64,000 bases of DNA from a virus. Shown here in pieces: positions 46,663 through 55,870 of the stretch. Within the stretch, counting starts at the first letter, position 1, and each line of letters opens with the position of its first letter. The position numbers were made by a program, and so were the translations under genes. Location of the stretch: the IMG/VR virus record IMGVR_UViG_3300025929_000015, positions 1 to 64,000 of that record. The stretch is one strand, 5' to 3'. The notes beneath the pieces were generated by a model. That model had not been told where the DNA came from. It did no database searches and saw only the letters and a program-made list of their open reading frames with translations.

Positions 46663-47819
46663 CAGTCCCACAACCCGGACCGCGGTACGAGCGGGTCGGC
46701 GGCGGAGGTGCCCGGGCGCCGCCGGGCGGCTGCCTGCAGGACCACGTATTTCTCGCGCAGCTTGCTCATCGACAAGATGTTCGGACGCCAGAACTCATCG
46801 TCCTGGCACCAGTCGATCGCGGCATGGACCCGGTCCTCGCAGAGCCCGTCGATGTCCAGCAGGTAGCGGGCGGACTGCCGCCACAGCTTGCCGATGTGCG
46901 GTCGCCGGCCGCTCTGCTGCTCGATCCGGTCCGCGAGGTGCTGGCAGAGCCGGTCCACGTCGGGCCGCACCCCGGGCTCATCCCGGCCGCCGTCAGCCAG
47001 CTCGCCGAGTTGCTCAGTGGTGATCTTGCCGTCCGCCAGCTCGGCTAGATGATCCTTGGTGGACCGGCGCGCCACCGTCGCCGTCACCCCGTGCGCCGTC
47101 GCCCACGTCACCCACACGGCCTTGGTGGCGCTCACCGCGGGACGCCGAACCGGATCATCATCACCGTCCGAACCGTTGACTTTCGGTTCGGACGAAGAAC
47201 AAGAACTACGTAGTAGTTCTTGTAGGTCTTTAGGTGAGGTGAGGTGAGGTGAGGTGTTAGGCATAAAACGAGCATTGCTTGCAGCATGGATTTGCTGGGA
47301 CGATGCAGCACTGATAGTTGAACTTTCAGTTACTTCCGGCTCCTCGGCATGCTGAAGAGCCGTCATTTCATGCGACCCGTTTCTGAGCATCGTTTGAGCA
47401 TTGCTCGCAGCATCGATTTGCTGGGACGATGTGCCGGGAGCATTGCTCGGGGCATCGGTTTCCTGGGACGATGCGTCCCACCGCTTGCGTGCGGCCCGGA
47501 CCGCCCGGTCGGAACGACTGGCCCACCGGCCGAGCTGCTGCCAGTGCGCGAAGTCGTGGATGATCCACCCGTCCCCGGTGGCCTGCCACAGCCCGACGGC
47601 CACGAGCAGCCGGGCCAGCTCGGCGCTGCCGCCCAGCCGCCGGGGCAGCGACGCGGGGATGTGCCCCGCCTCGTCGGGCACGTGCGGGTCGGCGTGCCGC
47701 TTGGCCCAGCCGAGCGCCAGCGCCCACAGCCCGATGGCGGCCAGCCCGCCGTCATGCTCCAGCAGGGCCAGCACCTTGGGGTGATCGTAGAACTGGTCAT
47801 CGACCAGCGCCCAGGTCAT
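46662..47819 (-). CDS. Replication initiator (replisome organizer)
   Basis: W...DD.FYDHPKV N-terminus; DEFWRPNILSMSKLREKY C-terminus; internal iterons. Confidence 0.8.
   Translation of the reverse strand: MTWALVDDQFYDHPKVLALLEHDGGLAAIGLWALALGWAKRHADPHVPDEAGHIPASLPRRLGGSAELARLLVAVGLWQATGDGWIIHDFAHWQQLGRWASRSDRAVRAARKRWDASSQETDAPSNAPGTSSQQIDAASNAQTMLRNGSHEMTALQHAEEPEVTESSTISAASSQQIHAASNARFMPNTSPHLTSPKDLQELLRSSCSSSEPKVNGSDGDDDPVRRPAVSATKAVWVTWATAHGVTATVARRSTKDHLAELADGKITTEQLGELADGGRDEPGVRPDVDRLCQHLADRIEQQSGRRPHIGKLWRQSARYLLDIDGLCEDRVHAAIDWCQDDEFWRPNILSMSKLREKYVVLQAAARRRPGTSAADPLVPRSGLWD
47270..47473. repeat. Three ~36-bp iterons; likely replication origin
   Basis: gagcattgctYg..gcatSgRtttSctgggacgatg at 47270, 47396 and 47438, next to a lower-GC tract with tandem ggtga repeats at about 47200-47270. 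Confidence 0.75.
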
Positions 47820-47825
47820 GGCCGC

Positions 47826-48134
47826 CTACTCGCCGTCGTAGTCCGGCGCGAAGACCCAGCAGCCCTCGCGGTGGGCCGGGTGCAGCGGGCAGGGATTGCG
47901 GTGGTACCAGTCCACGTCGCCTGGGCGCACGGCCTCGATGAGCCCGCGCTCGAAGTCCGCGACGAACACGGCCTCCAGCTCCGACCGGGGGTCGCGCCAG
48001 CTGACGGCATCAAGATGGGTCGCGATGGGCGTGCTGCTGGTGCACCCGGGGTGCTTTACAGCCCCCGGGCTGGTCGTTATCATGTGGCTTGACAGCGATC
48101 CCCCGCTGCCCCGGGGACGTGTGTCTCTTGACAT
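47826..48134 (-). CDS. Hypothetical protein
   Basis: ORF with RBS-like GAGAAGGGA. Confidence 0.45.
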   Translation of the reverse strand: MSRDTRPRGSGGSLSSHMITTSPGAVKHPGCTSSTPIATHLDAVSWRDPRSELEAVFVADFERGLIEAVRPGDVDWYHRNPCPLHPAHREGCWVFAPDYDGE

Positions 48135-48241
48135 GAAGATTTCCCTTCTCTCATGTCAAACGGTGCGGGTGCCGGCTTGTCCTTTCCCCGGCATCCGAGG
48201 GGAGAGGGGACGGGCAGCTGGCTTGTCCCCTCAACCTACGG

Positions 48242-48285
48242 CCGCCCCCTGGGGACCACAATCCCCGGGGGGCGGGTTTTTTGTT
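48242..48285 (+). terminator. Intrinsic terminator
   Basis: ccgccccctgggga-ccacaa-tccccggggggcgg followed by gttttttgtt. Confidence 0.8.
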
Positions 48286-49863
48286 ACCCCCCCGGACCCA
48301 TAGACAGGACCGATATGTTGGGCACCCCGCCGGAACGCGACGCCGCGACCTTGCGCGCCGCCGCGTGGATCCTGCACCGCCGGGCGGGGTGCCGACCCCG
48401 GCTGGGCCTGCGCGTCGTCATCACGGTGCTGCGCCAGTCCGCGCGGCGGATCGAAGCCGAGAATAAGTCCCCGGACCGATTGAAGAGATTGATCAGTTGA
48501 CCGTTCAATCACCGGCCCGGGCGGCCTACGCCGCGGCCCGCACGCGCGCCCGGCGGTCCGCCGACCCCCAGCGGATCACCGGCGGGCCGGCCGCGCTGGC
48601 CGCGGTCGCGGCGATGACACGGCGCTGCCGCTGCGGCCACATGGTCCTGCTGCACGAGATCACCCCGCGCGGGGTCCGCAGCTGGTGCAGCTACGCCAGC
48701 CAGGCCGGGCGCTGCCCCTGTACCGCCTGCGAGATCGCGGCGTACAGTGAGGCGGTGCCCAAGAAGCCGCGCGACCTGGAGCTGCAGAAGAAGTCCTGCC
48801 CGACCTGCAAGGGAAGCGGCCTGTACCGGGGCGGTGTGTGCCCGGACTGCGAGGGGGACGGGGACCGGAAGTAACGGTGTCCGTGATACGGTAACGGACA
48901 TGAGCTGCATCCATGCACGCGGCGGCTGGCTGCTGTACTCCGGCCAGCTCGGCGTGATCGCCGCGGACGTCCTGGACGCGGACATGTCCATGCGCTCCCG
49001 TAGCCTGGACGTGACCAGCATCGTGAGCCCGGTGCGCCAGCTGGTCTACGGCCCGCCCGACATCACCTTCACCGCCCAGCTAGGGCGGAAAATCGACTGG
49101 AACCAGGCAGCCGCAGCCGGGGAGCCCCCGGACCTGAACGCGCTCCTGGCGCTGGCCCGCCGCCACCCGGACGAATACCAGCGCTGGCACGAGGCCGAGA
49201 CGGTCCTGAAAGCGCTCGGCGGATGACCCCGGAATCGCCCTGGTGGGAGACCGGCCCGGCCGAGATCACCCCTACCGCCGACGGGACCACCCTGGACTGC
49301 GGCGGCGACCGCCAGACCTGGGGCTGCGGCTGCCCGGCCTGCCTGCCCCGGCAGCACCCGCTGGACCTGATGGCCCGGGTCAGCGCCGCCCAGCTGGCCC
49401 AGTGGGCGCAAGCCCGGGCGAAACTGAGCGCCCAGCCGCGCACCCGCGGATCGTGCTACTGCGGCCAGCCCGGGCGGCTGTACGCCGGCGGGTTCCGCTG
49501 CGACACCCACGTCCGCCAGGCCCCCGGGCCGCTGTCAGCAGCCACCCGGGACGCCATCGGCAGCTACGTCCGGGAGCACGGGACCACACCGTGGCCGCGG
49601 AAACAGAAAAAGGACTCATGAATGCAATAGCGGAATGGCTCGCCACCGAGGAAGGACTGCACTGGGCACTGCACCACTTCTACGACGCCACCGAGTTCCA
49701 CCCCCTCATCGAGATCATCGACGAAGACTGCTACACCGGCGACCACCCGGACCTCCCCGCCCAGACCATTTTCGACCACCTCCGCGAACGGCCCCCGTGG
49801 CAGGACCTGACCTGGACTCCTGATGAGCCGCCGTGATAGGTTATACTGAGTGTGTTACTACGC

Positions 49864-49938
49864 CGCGGGGTCGCCTAGCTCGGTATGGCATTGGGCTCAT
49901 AACCCAAAATAACGCGGGTTCGAATCCCGCCCCCGCTT
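49864..49938 (+). tRNA. tRNA-Met(CAT), initiator type, no encoded CCA
   Basis: Acceptor CGCGGGG/CCCCGCT with unpaired C1; anticodon arm TTGGG-CTCATAA-CCCAA (3 G-C pairs); T arm GCGGG-TTCGAAT-CCCGC; TATACT upstream. Confidence 0.85.
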
Positions 49939-49940
49939 CT

Positions 49941-50324
49941 ATGATGAGCGTTGAGTGGCACCGCGAATACCAGCGCAACCGCCGTATCGAGCGGCTGGCA
50001 CTAGCGCGCGAGCGCCTCGGCGGTCGGTGCGTGCGGTGCGGTGCGACCGAGGACCTGGATTTCGACCACATCGATGCGGGGACCAAGGTACGGAACATCT
50101 CCGAGGCAACCAACTGGGCACTGGCCAGGTTCTTGGAAGAAGTAGACAAATGCCAGCTCCTGTGCCGACACCATCACCACGAGAAGTCAGCCGAGGCCGG
50201 GGATGTCAGGATCGTAGAGCACGGCGGTGGCGTCAAAGGCAAGCACAACTGCCCGTGCACTCTATGTAAGACTGCACGTCGGGAGAATATGCGGCAGCGC
50301 CGGGCGCGGGCGGCCTCGGTCTAG
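49941..50324 (+). CDS. HNH endonuclease abutting the tRNA
   Basis: LGGRCVRCG...LDFDHID...KCQLLCRHHH. Confidence 0.85.
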   Translation: MMSVEWHREYQRNRRIERLALARERLGGRCVRCGATEDLDFDHIDAGTKVRNISEATNWALARFLEEVDKCQLLCRHHHHEKSAEAGDVRIVEHGGGVKGKHNCPCTLCKTARRENMRQRRARAASV

Positions 50325-50330
50325 TACACG

Positions 50331-50666
50331 TCACAGCTTCCTGGTGATCGCCCGGAGCTGGCGGGCGACGTGCGCCCGCCCGCGCTCGGTGTCCAGGTCG
50401 GCCTCGATCACGGCGTCGGCGACCTTGCGCAGCCGGGCGGGGATCACTGCCCCGGGCTGCACGATCAAGATGATCGGCTTGTCCAGCATCAGCGCCATGC
50501 CCAGCTCGACGGCGTATTTCACGTCGAAATTACCGCCGTCGGGGTACAGGCTGGCCACGTACGCCGACTCCGCCATCGCCTGGACGGTGTGCTCCCGCTG
50601 GTGCTGCACGAACCGGTCCCATTCGGCCCGCTCCGACGGGGACAGGCCCTCCACCCAGTCGCTCAC
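50331..50666 (-). CDS. Hypothetical protein, nucleoside deoxyribosyltransferase-like fragment
   Basis: AVELGMALMLDKPIIL motif. Confidence 0.5.
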   Translation of the reverse strand: MSDWVEGLSPSERAEWDRFVQHQREHTVQAMAESAYVASLYPDGGNFDVKYAVELGMALMLDKPIILIVQPGAVIPARLRKVADAVIEADLDTERGRAHVARQLRAITRKL

Positions 50667-51139
50667 AGCTCCTCCTGTCCCGTGTCCCCGGGCCGGCCGC
50701 CGTACCCGGTGCCCCGGCCGTGCTGCTGCTCGGCGGCGGCCAGGAAATCGTAAAGTTCCCGGTTCTGCACGTACATCTTCCGGCCTTCAAACATCATGCC
50801 AGGGGCGACCTTGCGGAGGGTTTCCGGGTCGTCCACCCACCAGGCTCCGACGGGTTCGATGCCATCGGGGATGGGGCCGAGGTCTTCCTTCACGGTCACG
50901 GTGCCGTACGGGGGGCCATTGTCCCAGTCGTCTTCGGTGAACAGGTACAGCGAGCCGAATTTCTCCCGGATCCCGATGAACCCGCCGTTCCCGTCATAGA
51001 CCCCGTAGGGCAGGTTCCGCGAAACGATCCGGTACAGGTGCCCCCTGATCAGGGTGAATTCTTTATTGCGCGGCCCGTTATCCGGCTTGAGTTTTTCCTG
51101 TGCTTCGGCGATCCGCTGTTCCAGTGGTTTGCTGTCCAT
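50663..51139 (-). CDS. Hypothetical protein
   Basis: Coupled ORF (TAAATG); lower GC. Confidence 0.6.
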   Translation of the reverse strand: MDSKPLEQRIAEAQEKLKPDNGPRNKEFTLIRGHLYRIVSRNLPYGVYDGNGGFIGIREKFGSLYLFTEDDWDNGPPYGTVTVKEDLGPIPDGIEPVGAWWVDDPETLRKVAPGMMFEGRKMYVQNRELYDFLAAAEQQHGRGTGYGGRPGDTGQEEL

Positions 51140-52123
51140 TTATTCACCCTCTTTCGGTGCTACCAATTCCAACTTGACGCTCTCACCCTCGCGCAGCGGC
51201 GGCCGGGCCCCAGCCCGGGCATAGTCTTCGCGGACCTGTTCAGTGTCCAGGGACCGGCGACTGGAGACGGTCCAGCGCAAGACGTACGGGAAGTTCTCAA
51301 GCTGGACCTCGCCGCGTCCGCTGGTGTTGGGCCGCAGCGCGTCCAGCGCCCCCTTGGCCAGGGCTTCCTCGGCTTCGGCCTGCTTCTTGGCCTCCCGCGC
51401 GGCCGCCAGCCGCTTGGCCCATCCGGCCGCGTCCTGGTCCTCGACCAGCAGGACCGACCGCTCGTCCCGGTCGATCACATGGCCTTCCCAGCAGGTGCCC
51501 GAGAACGGGCAGTTCCGGCATTGCGCCGAGTCGGGGGCGAAGTCGCGGGCCAGCCATTCCAGCGGGGTTTCGCGGACCTGCTCCAGCCACTGCATCGCCT
51601 CGGTGACGGCGGCGTAGTCGAACGGCCCGGACCACATCCACGTGTTCCCGGAGTCGCGGACCAGGTAGTCCAGCTGGACCTGCTCCACGTCCAGGCCGCG
51701 GACGATCAGCGCCGCCGCATAGACTTGCACCTGCCAGAGGTGGCGGCGCGGCGGGCCGTTCAGCCGGTAGTTCGCCACCTGCATGTCGTAGCCGACGGTC
51801 TTGACGTCCCGCAGCACCGGCCGGACGTACAGGTCGGGGTGGCCGAGCACCCCGCCGAACTGCACTTCCTCGTTGATCACCGAGTCGGCGGGGATCAGGC
51901 CCTCGTCCCGCATCCGCAGCAGCGCCCGGTCCACCGCGTCGTGCACGGCGGTGCCGATCACCGCCTGCACGCTACCGCTGGGCTTCTCCGGCGGATACCC
52001 GTGGACGGTGTAGCCCGCCCGGCGCCGGCACCCACCGAGGTCCGATACGCCGAGGGCGCGCTGGCGGCTCCGCGGCCGTTCCCAGTCGGCCTTGAGTAGC
52101 AACTCCGCAGTAGACGGAATCAT
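51140..52123 (-). CDS. PD-(D/E)XK Cas4/RecB-like exonuclease
   Basis: S.LGGCRR, GTAVH, GHPD...DVKT, QVQVY and CRNCPF...C (4-Cys cluster). Confidence 0.88.
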   Translation of the reverse strand: MIPSTAELLLKADWERPRSRQRALGVSDLGGCRRRAGYTVHGYPPEKPSGSVQAVIGTAVHDAVDRALLRMRDEGLIPADSVINEEVQFGGVLGHPDLYVRPVLRDVKTVGYDMQVANYRLNGPPRRHLWQVQVYAAALIVRGLDVEQVQLDYLVRDSGNTWMWSGPFDYAAVTEAMQWLEQVRETPLEWLARDFAPDSAQCRNCPFSGTCWEGHVIDRDERSVLLVEDQDAAGWAKRLAAAREAKKQAEAEEALAKGALDALRPNTSGRGEVQLENFPYVLRWTVSSRRSLDTEQVREDYARAGARPPLREGESVKLELVAPKEGE

Positions 52124-52307
52124 GGGGCACTCCGGCCGCGCTCCCCATGGGCAGCGCCGTGAGATCCATGAGCCGGAGTGCCCCACGCGGCACCCCGTCC
52201 GTGTGATCTATGGGCCGGGCCGTAGCGTGCATGGGACGGGGACCCGCAGGCGGCACCCCGGCCGTACCCGCACTGGATACCGTATCTCAGATGGGCCGGG
52301 GTGCCGC
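52123..52307 (-). ncRNA. Array of three dual-spacer stem-loop units (B1-B3)
   Basis: Units at 52123-52185, 52187-52247 and 52250-52307. Segment pairs: gctcccca/gagatcca, gtgatcta/agcgtgca, acccgcac/atctcaga. Compensatory stem changes. Confidence 0.85.
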
Positions 52308-52310
52308 GGC

Positions 52311-52574
52311 TCACCAGTGGCGCGCTTTCGGGTGCCGCCGCGGCTTGACCGGGGCGGGCGGCTTGGCGTCCATGTCCGGGTACTTGTACCAGCGCAGCGT
52401 GCCGTTCTCGTTCTTCTTGTGCGGGCAGGCGACCGGGCCGGCCTCGAACTGGATCATCCCGCACCACGGGCAGCACCACAGGGTGCAGTGCCCGGCGCGG
52501 CAGTACCGCCGGACGGGCTCGGCGTCCCCCCGGTCCTCGCACAGGCACGACTTGCAGTCCTTCAGCTTGGTCAC
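52311..52574 (-). CDS. Small Cys-rich protein
   Basis: Several CxxC motifs; RBS GGAGG. Confidence 0.55.
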   Translation of the reverse strand: MTKLKDCKSCLCEDRGDAEPVRRYCRAGHCTLWCCPWCGMIQFEAGPVACPHKKNENGTLRWYKYPDMDAKPPAPVKPRRHPKARHW

Positions 52575-52814
52575 GTCTTACCTCCCGCAGTTCAGGACAG
52601 CGCGGCCCGGCGCCGGCGTTCCTCGTCGACCTCGGCCATGGCGAGGTCCAGCATCATGGCGACGTGCCGCAGGTCCTCGGTGGAGGTGATCAGCCGCCCG
52701 CCGGGGTCGCCGCCTTCTTCGCGTACCGCGACCACCACCGCGAACCCGATGGTGCGCTCGCGCGGGACCCCGCTCAGCGCGGCCAGCACTTCGGCGAGCG
52801 GCTCCAGGTCGTCT

Positions 52815-53984
52815 TCACGTTTCCTCATCAGCATCCTGCCCGGGTTCCTCGATGGTTTTCAGGTAGCGGTCCAGCGCCTGGCGGCGGGCCCCGGAGGAGG
52901 CGTGCCCGCCTGCCACCCGGGTCACCGTATCGTGGATGATGAACACCTCACCTTTGGACAGCTCGTTCATGCCGGACAGCTCGCGGTGGGCCAGCACGGC
53001 GCACAACCGGACCTGGGCGGGGCCGCTGACCCCGCAGCGGCGCAGCAGTTCGTGCAGCTCGGGCAGCCCCGGCGGCTCAGCGCGGACCGTCCCGGCCGTT
53101 TCACCTGTGGTCGCCGTTTCGACGTTGGGCCGGGACGACCCGCTGACCTCGTAGTCCGCCGAAGCCGCCGTCTCTGATGTGGGTTCCGTAGTCGTCATGG
53201 GCGGCCCCGGCGGGACCGCCGCCCCCGCCGTAGCTGGTTTGGGTTCCGTCGCCTCTGTGGGCGGGGGCGGATGCTCGGTGCCGGCGGCGTGCTGGCGGTC
53301 CAGCTGGGCCAGCTTGTCGCGCACGTCCTGCACGCCCGGCGCGGGCTGGGGGGCGGGGACGACCTCGGCCAGGACGGTGCTGCCGTCGTTGCCGTCCCCG
53401 ATCCCGGCCAGGTCAAATCCAAAGATCAACTCAGGGCAGCCGCGGGCGGCGCCGCGGGCGACCGCCCGCCATTGGAGCATGTCTTTCCGGTAGCTCTCCC
53501 AGGGCAGGGGCTGGCCGCTGCTGGACCGGGCGACGAGCTTGCCGTCGTGCCTCTTGACCAGGCCCGCGGCCTGCGCGTCCTGCACGGTAAACCGGCCGGT
53601 GTATTTAATCTTGAATTCCTCGTCTTTGCGAGTGATCACAAACTCGCAGGAATCCTCGGACTCGACGAAGTCGTACCTATGGCCGGCGGCGCGGATCCGG
53701 GCCAGCAGCAGCGCGCCGCGCAGGCCCGGCTGGCCAGACGGCAGCACGTAGATGCCCCGGATCGCCTGGATCCAGCTCAAGCCCAGCTCCCGGCCCAGCA
53801 GCATGGTAATGAGGCAGTTCTGCGGCGAGCCGCGGAGCGCCTGCGGGACCATGGACGACTGGGCCAGCATGGTGGCCAGCCGGAACGCCTGGTCCAGGTC
53901 GGACAGCGGGTCGTTCAGATCGACGGCAATCCGCTGCTGCTCCGTCCGGGCGAGCGCCGTGCCCGGCTCGTCAGGCTGCGTCAT
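52815..53984 (-). CDS. RecT-like single-strand annealing protein
   Basis: LAQSSMVP...G.ELGL, AQAAGL and W..Y..DML.WRA...AAR..CPE motifs; upstream of the exonuclease. Confidence 0.8.
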   Translation of the reverse strand: MTQPDEPGTALARTEQQRIAVDLNDPLSDLDQAFRLATMLAQSSMVPQALRGSPQNCLITMLLGRELGLSWIQAIRGIYVLPSGQPGLRGALLLARIRAAGHRYDFVESEDSCEFVITRKDEEFKIKYTGRFTVQDAQAAGLVKRHDGKLVARSSSGQPLPWESYRKDMLQWRAVARGAARGCPELIFGFDLAGIGDGNDGSTVLAEVVPAPQPAPGVQDVRDKLAQLDRQHAAGTEHPPPPTEATEPKPATAGAAVPPGPPMTTTEPTSETAASADYEVSGSSRPNVETATTGETAGTVRAEPPGLPELHELLRRCGVSGPAQVRLCAVLAHRELSGMNELSKGEVFIIHDTVTRVAGGHASSGARRQALDRYLKTIEEPGQDADEET

Positions 53985-54004
53985 GGTGTTCCTCCCGTGG
54001 GCGG

Positions 54005-54055
54005 GGAGGTGCCGTAGGTAGCATGGGTGAAACCGCTACGGCCCTGGGCACCTCC
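54005..54055 (-). ncRNA. Dual-spacer stem-loop unit E
   Basis: ggaggtg-ccgt-aggtagca-tgg-gtgaaa-ccgc-tacggccc-tgg-gcacctcc. Confidence 0.8.
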
Positions 54056-54151
54056 GCACGTCCATTGTACCCTGGTTGTCTCTGGCTGTCTTCCATGCTA
54101 GCGTGGGGGTACGACAAAACGGAGCGTGGGTACGGCAAAACGGGAGCCCGC

Positions 54152-54829
54152 ATGACCATCAGCCTGATGTACGACGCCACCCATGACAACATCGGCCACC
54201 TGCCGCCGCACGCCACCTACGCGGGCTACACCACCGGCAGCGGCGGCATCGCCTGGACCGCGGCGGACTGGAAGAAGTTCCCCGACGCGGTGCGGATCGA
54301 CCAGGACGCCAGCGCCGCCGACCCGTCCGCCGACATCCTGGACGTGGAGAACGGCGCGGCCACCCCGGCGGAATGCCCCGGCTGGGCCCGGCGGGCGCTG
54401 GCCAGCTTCGCCAGCGCCGCCCGGCCCGGGCAGCGTTCCCCCGCCATCTACGCCGGCGCCGCCGCCATCACCACCGTGGCCAACGCGCTGACCGCGGGCG
54501 GCGTCACGTCCGGTGTCGGGCTGTGGGTGGCGAACTGGAACCTGACCGACTCGGAGGCGGTCGCGGCCGTGACCGCGGCGTCCGGGCCGTTCCCGGTCAT
54601 CGCGGTGCAGTTCCGCAACGCCGGCCCGTACGATATCAGCGTGGTATCGACCAGCTGGCTGACCCGCCGGTCGGCGCCGCCGGTGACCGCGCACGTCCCG
54701 CCCGGGCAGTGGCTGGACCCTGCCGCGTGGACGTGGCAGACGGCGCGGCTGTCCGGCACCGGGCTGGACGGGAACACGCACGAGTGGGATTACCACCCCG
54801 GCACGGGGCAGTGGTCGCGGGCCACGTAG
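54152..54829 (+). CDS. GH25-like muramidase/endolysin
   Basis: LDVENG, PAIY, LWVANW, AVQF and DIS motifs. Confidence 0.7.
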   Translation: MTISLMYDATHDNIGHLPPHATYAGYTTGSGGIAWTAADWKKFPDAVRIDQDASAADPSADILDVENGAATPAECPGWARRALASFASAARPGQRSPAIYAGAAAITTVANALTAGGVTSGVGLWVANWNLTDSEAVAAVTAASGPFPVIAVQFRNAGPYDISVVSTSWLTRRSAPPVTAHVPPGQWLDPAAWTWQTARLSGTGLDGNTHEWDYHPGTGQWSRAT

Positions 54830-54985
54830 GCATGCCCGCGCCCGCCCCGGAAGTAGTGCTGGCCCGCTGCGCGGTCTGCCGGTTCCGGATGGACCCGGTG
54901 CTGCCGCTGCACGGGTACCGCACCCACCCGTGCTGCCAGCCCGGCGAGGTATCCCCGCGCTGGGAACCCGGCGACACCCCGCTGC

Positions 54986-55153
54986 GCGGGCCCAAGAGGA
55001 AAACGGCCCACCGGGCCCAAAGAGCCAACGGCCCGCCGCCCACAACGGGTACGGAACCAGCCAGGGTGATAACGGCGGCGGGTACAGTAGCGGGATGACA
55101 GGCAGCCCCGGCCCAGGGACCAACCCCACAAAGATGACGGCCGGGGCTGCCTG
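54986..55153 (+). ncRNA. Three dual-spacer stem-loop units (C1, C2, degenerate C3)
   Basis: cca-agaggaaa-acgg...cca-aagagcca-acgg; cca-caacgggt-acgg-aaccag-cca-gggtgata-acgg; caggcagccccggc-cca-gggaccaa-cc-cca-caaagatg-acgg-ccggggctgcctg. Confidence 0.75.
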
Positions 55154-55870
55154 ATGCGTGACCTGGCGGAGGCGTGCGAGGAGCTGCTCACCCAGCTCCA
55201 GGTGTTCGACCTCGGCGCGGCTGACGACGACCGGGCCGACGCGGGCCTGGTCACGGTAACGTGCCTGATCGCCGAGGCGGACACCGACCCGGGGCTGCGC
55301 CGCTCCGGGCTGCTGGAATCCCGTCCGCCGTGGAACGCCAACGTGGCCGGCGCCTACCTGTCCGCCCACCAGCTGGTGCGCCGCCTGGAGGCGTCGCTGC
55401 GGCTGGCGGTGGCCGGGCACCCGGGCCGGGCGCGCGGCGGGTCGGATGCGAATACCGCCGAGGCCATCCGGGCGATCGCCCGGATGGCCACCGCGGCCAG
55501 CGTGATCCCCACCGCCGAGCCGGTCTCCCGGTCCGACCCGGACGGGCGCAAGCTGACCGTGGCGGAACTGGCCGCGATCGTGCTGGACCGCGCGATCCGC
55601 GTCATCGGCCAGCTGCCCGCCATCGACGAGTTCCCCAAGTGGGAGAAGATCCGGGCCGGCCCGGACGGGCTGCCGCCGCGCTGCCCGAACTGCGGTACGT
55701 TCTCGCTGCGGGTCGCGGTGCAGTCCGGGGTGGTGGTGTGCGTGCTGCCGTCCTGCGCCGACCTGGACGGGAACAGTCCCCCGCAGGCGCACCTGGACGT
55801 CTCGCGGCTGGACGGCAGCCCGGCGCTGGTGTGGCGGGACGGCACCGTGCAGTGCCCGCCGGCCGCGTTA
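55154..55870 (+). CDS. Actinophage Zn-ribbon protein (238 aa); apparent end at TTA 55868-55870
   Basis: SRPPWN and RCPNCGTFSLR...VVC..PSC motifs. After TTA the frame is antisense to other genes. Confidence 0.65.

Noticed and set aside
48145-48210. 7-8 nt matches of stem-loop unit segments to this region and to remembered rRNA motifs
   Set aside because: Matches this short are expected by chance, and none forms an adjacent bipartite target.
49833-49940. N-terminal extension of the HNH ORF in the ORF track
   Set aside because: It overlaps the tRNA gene and its promoter; the true start is likely 49941 or 49944.
52123-52307. CRISPR array next to a Cas4-like gene
   Set aside because: No identical direct repeats with 30-40 nt spacers and no cas operon. 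The nuclease fits a phage recombination exonuclease.
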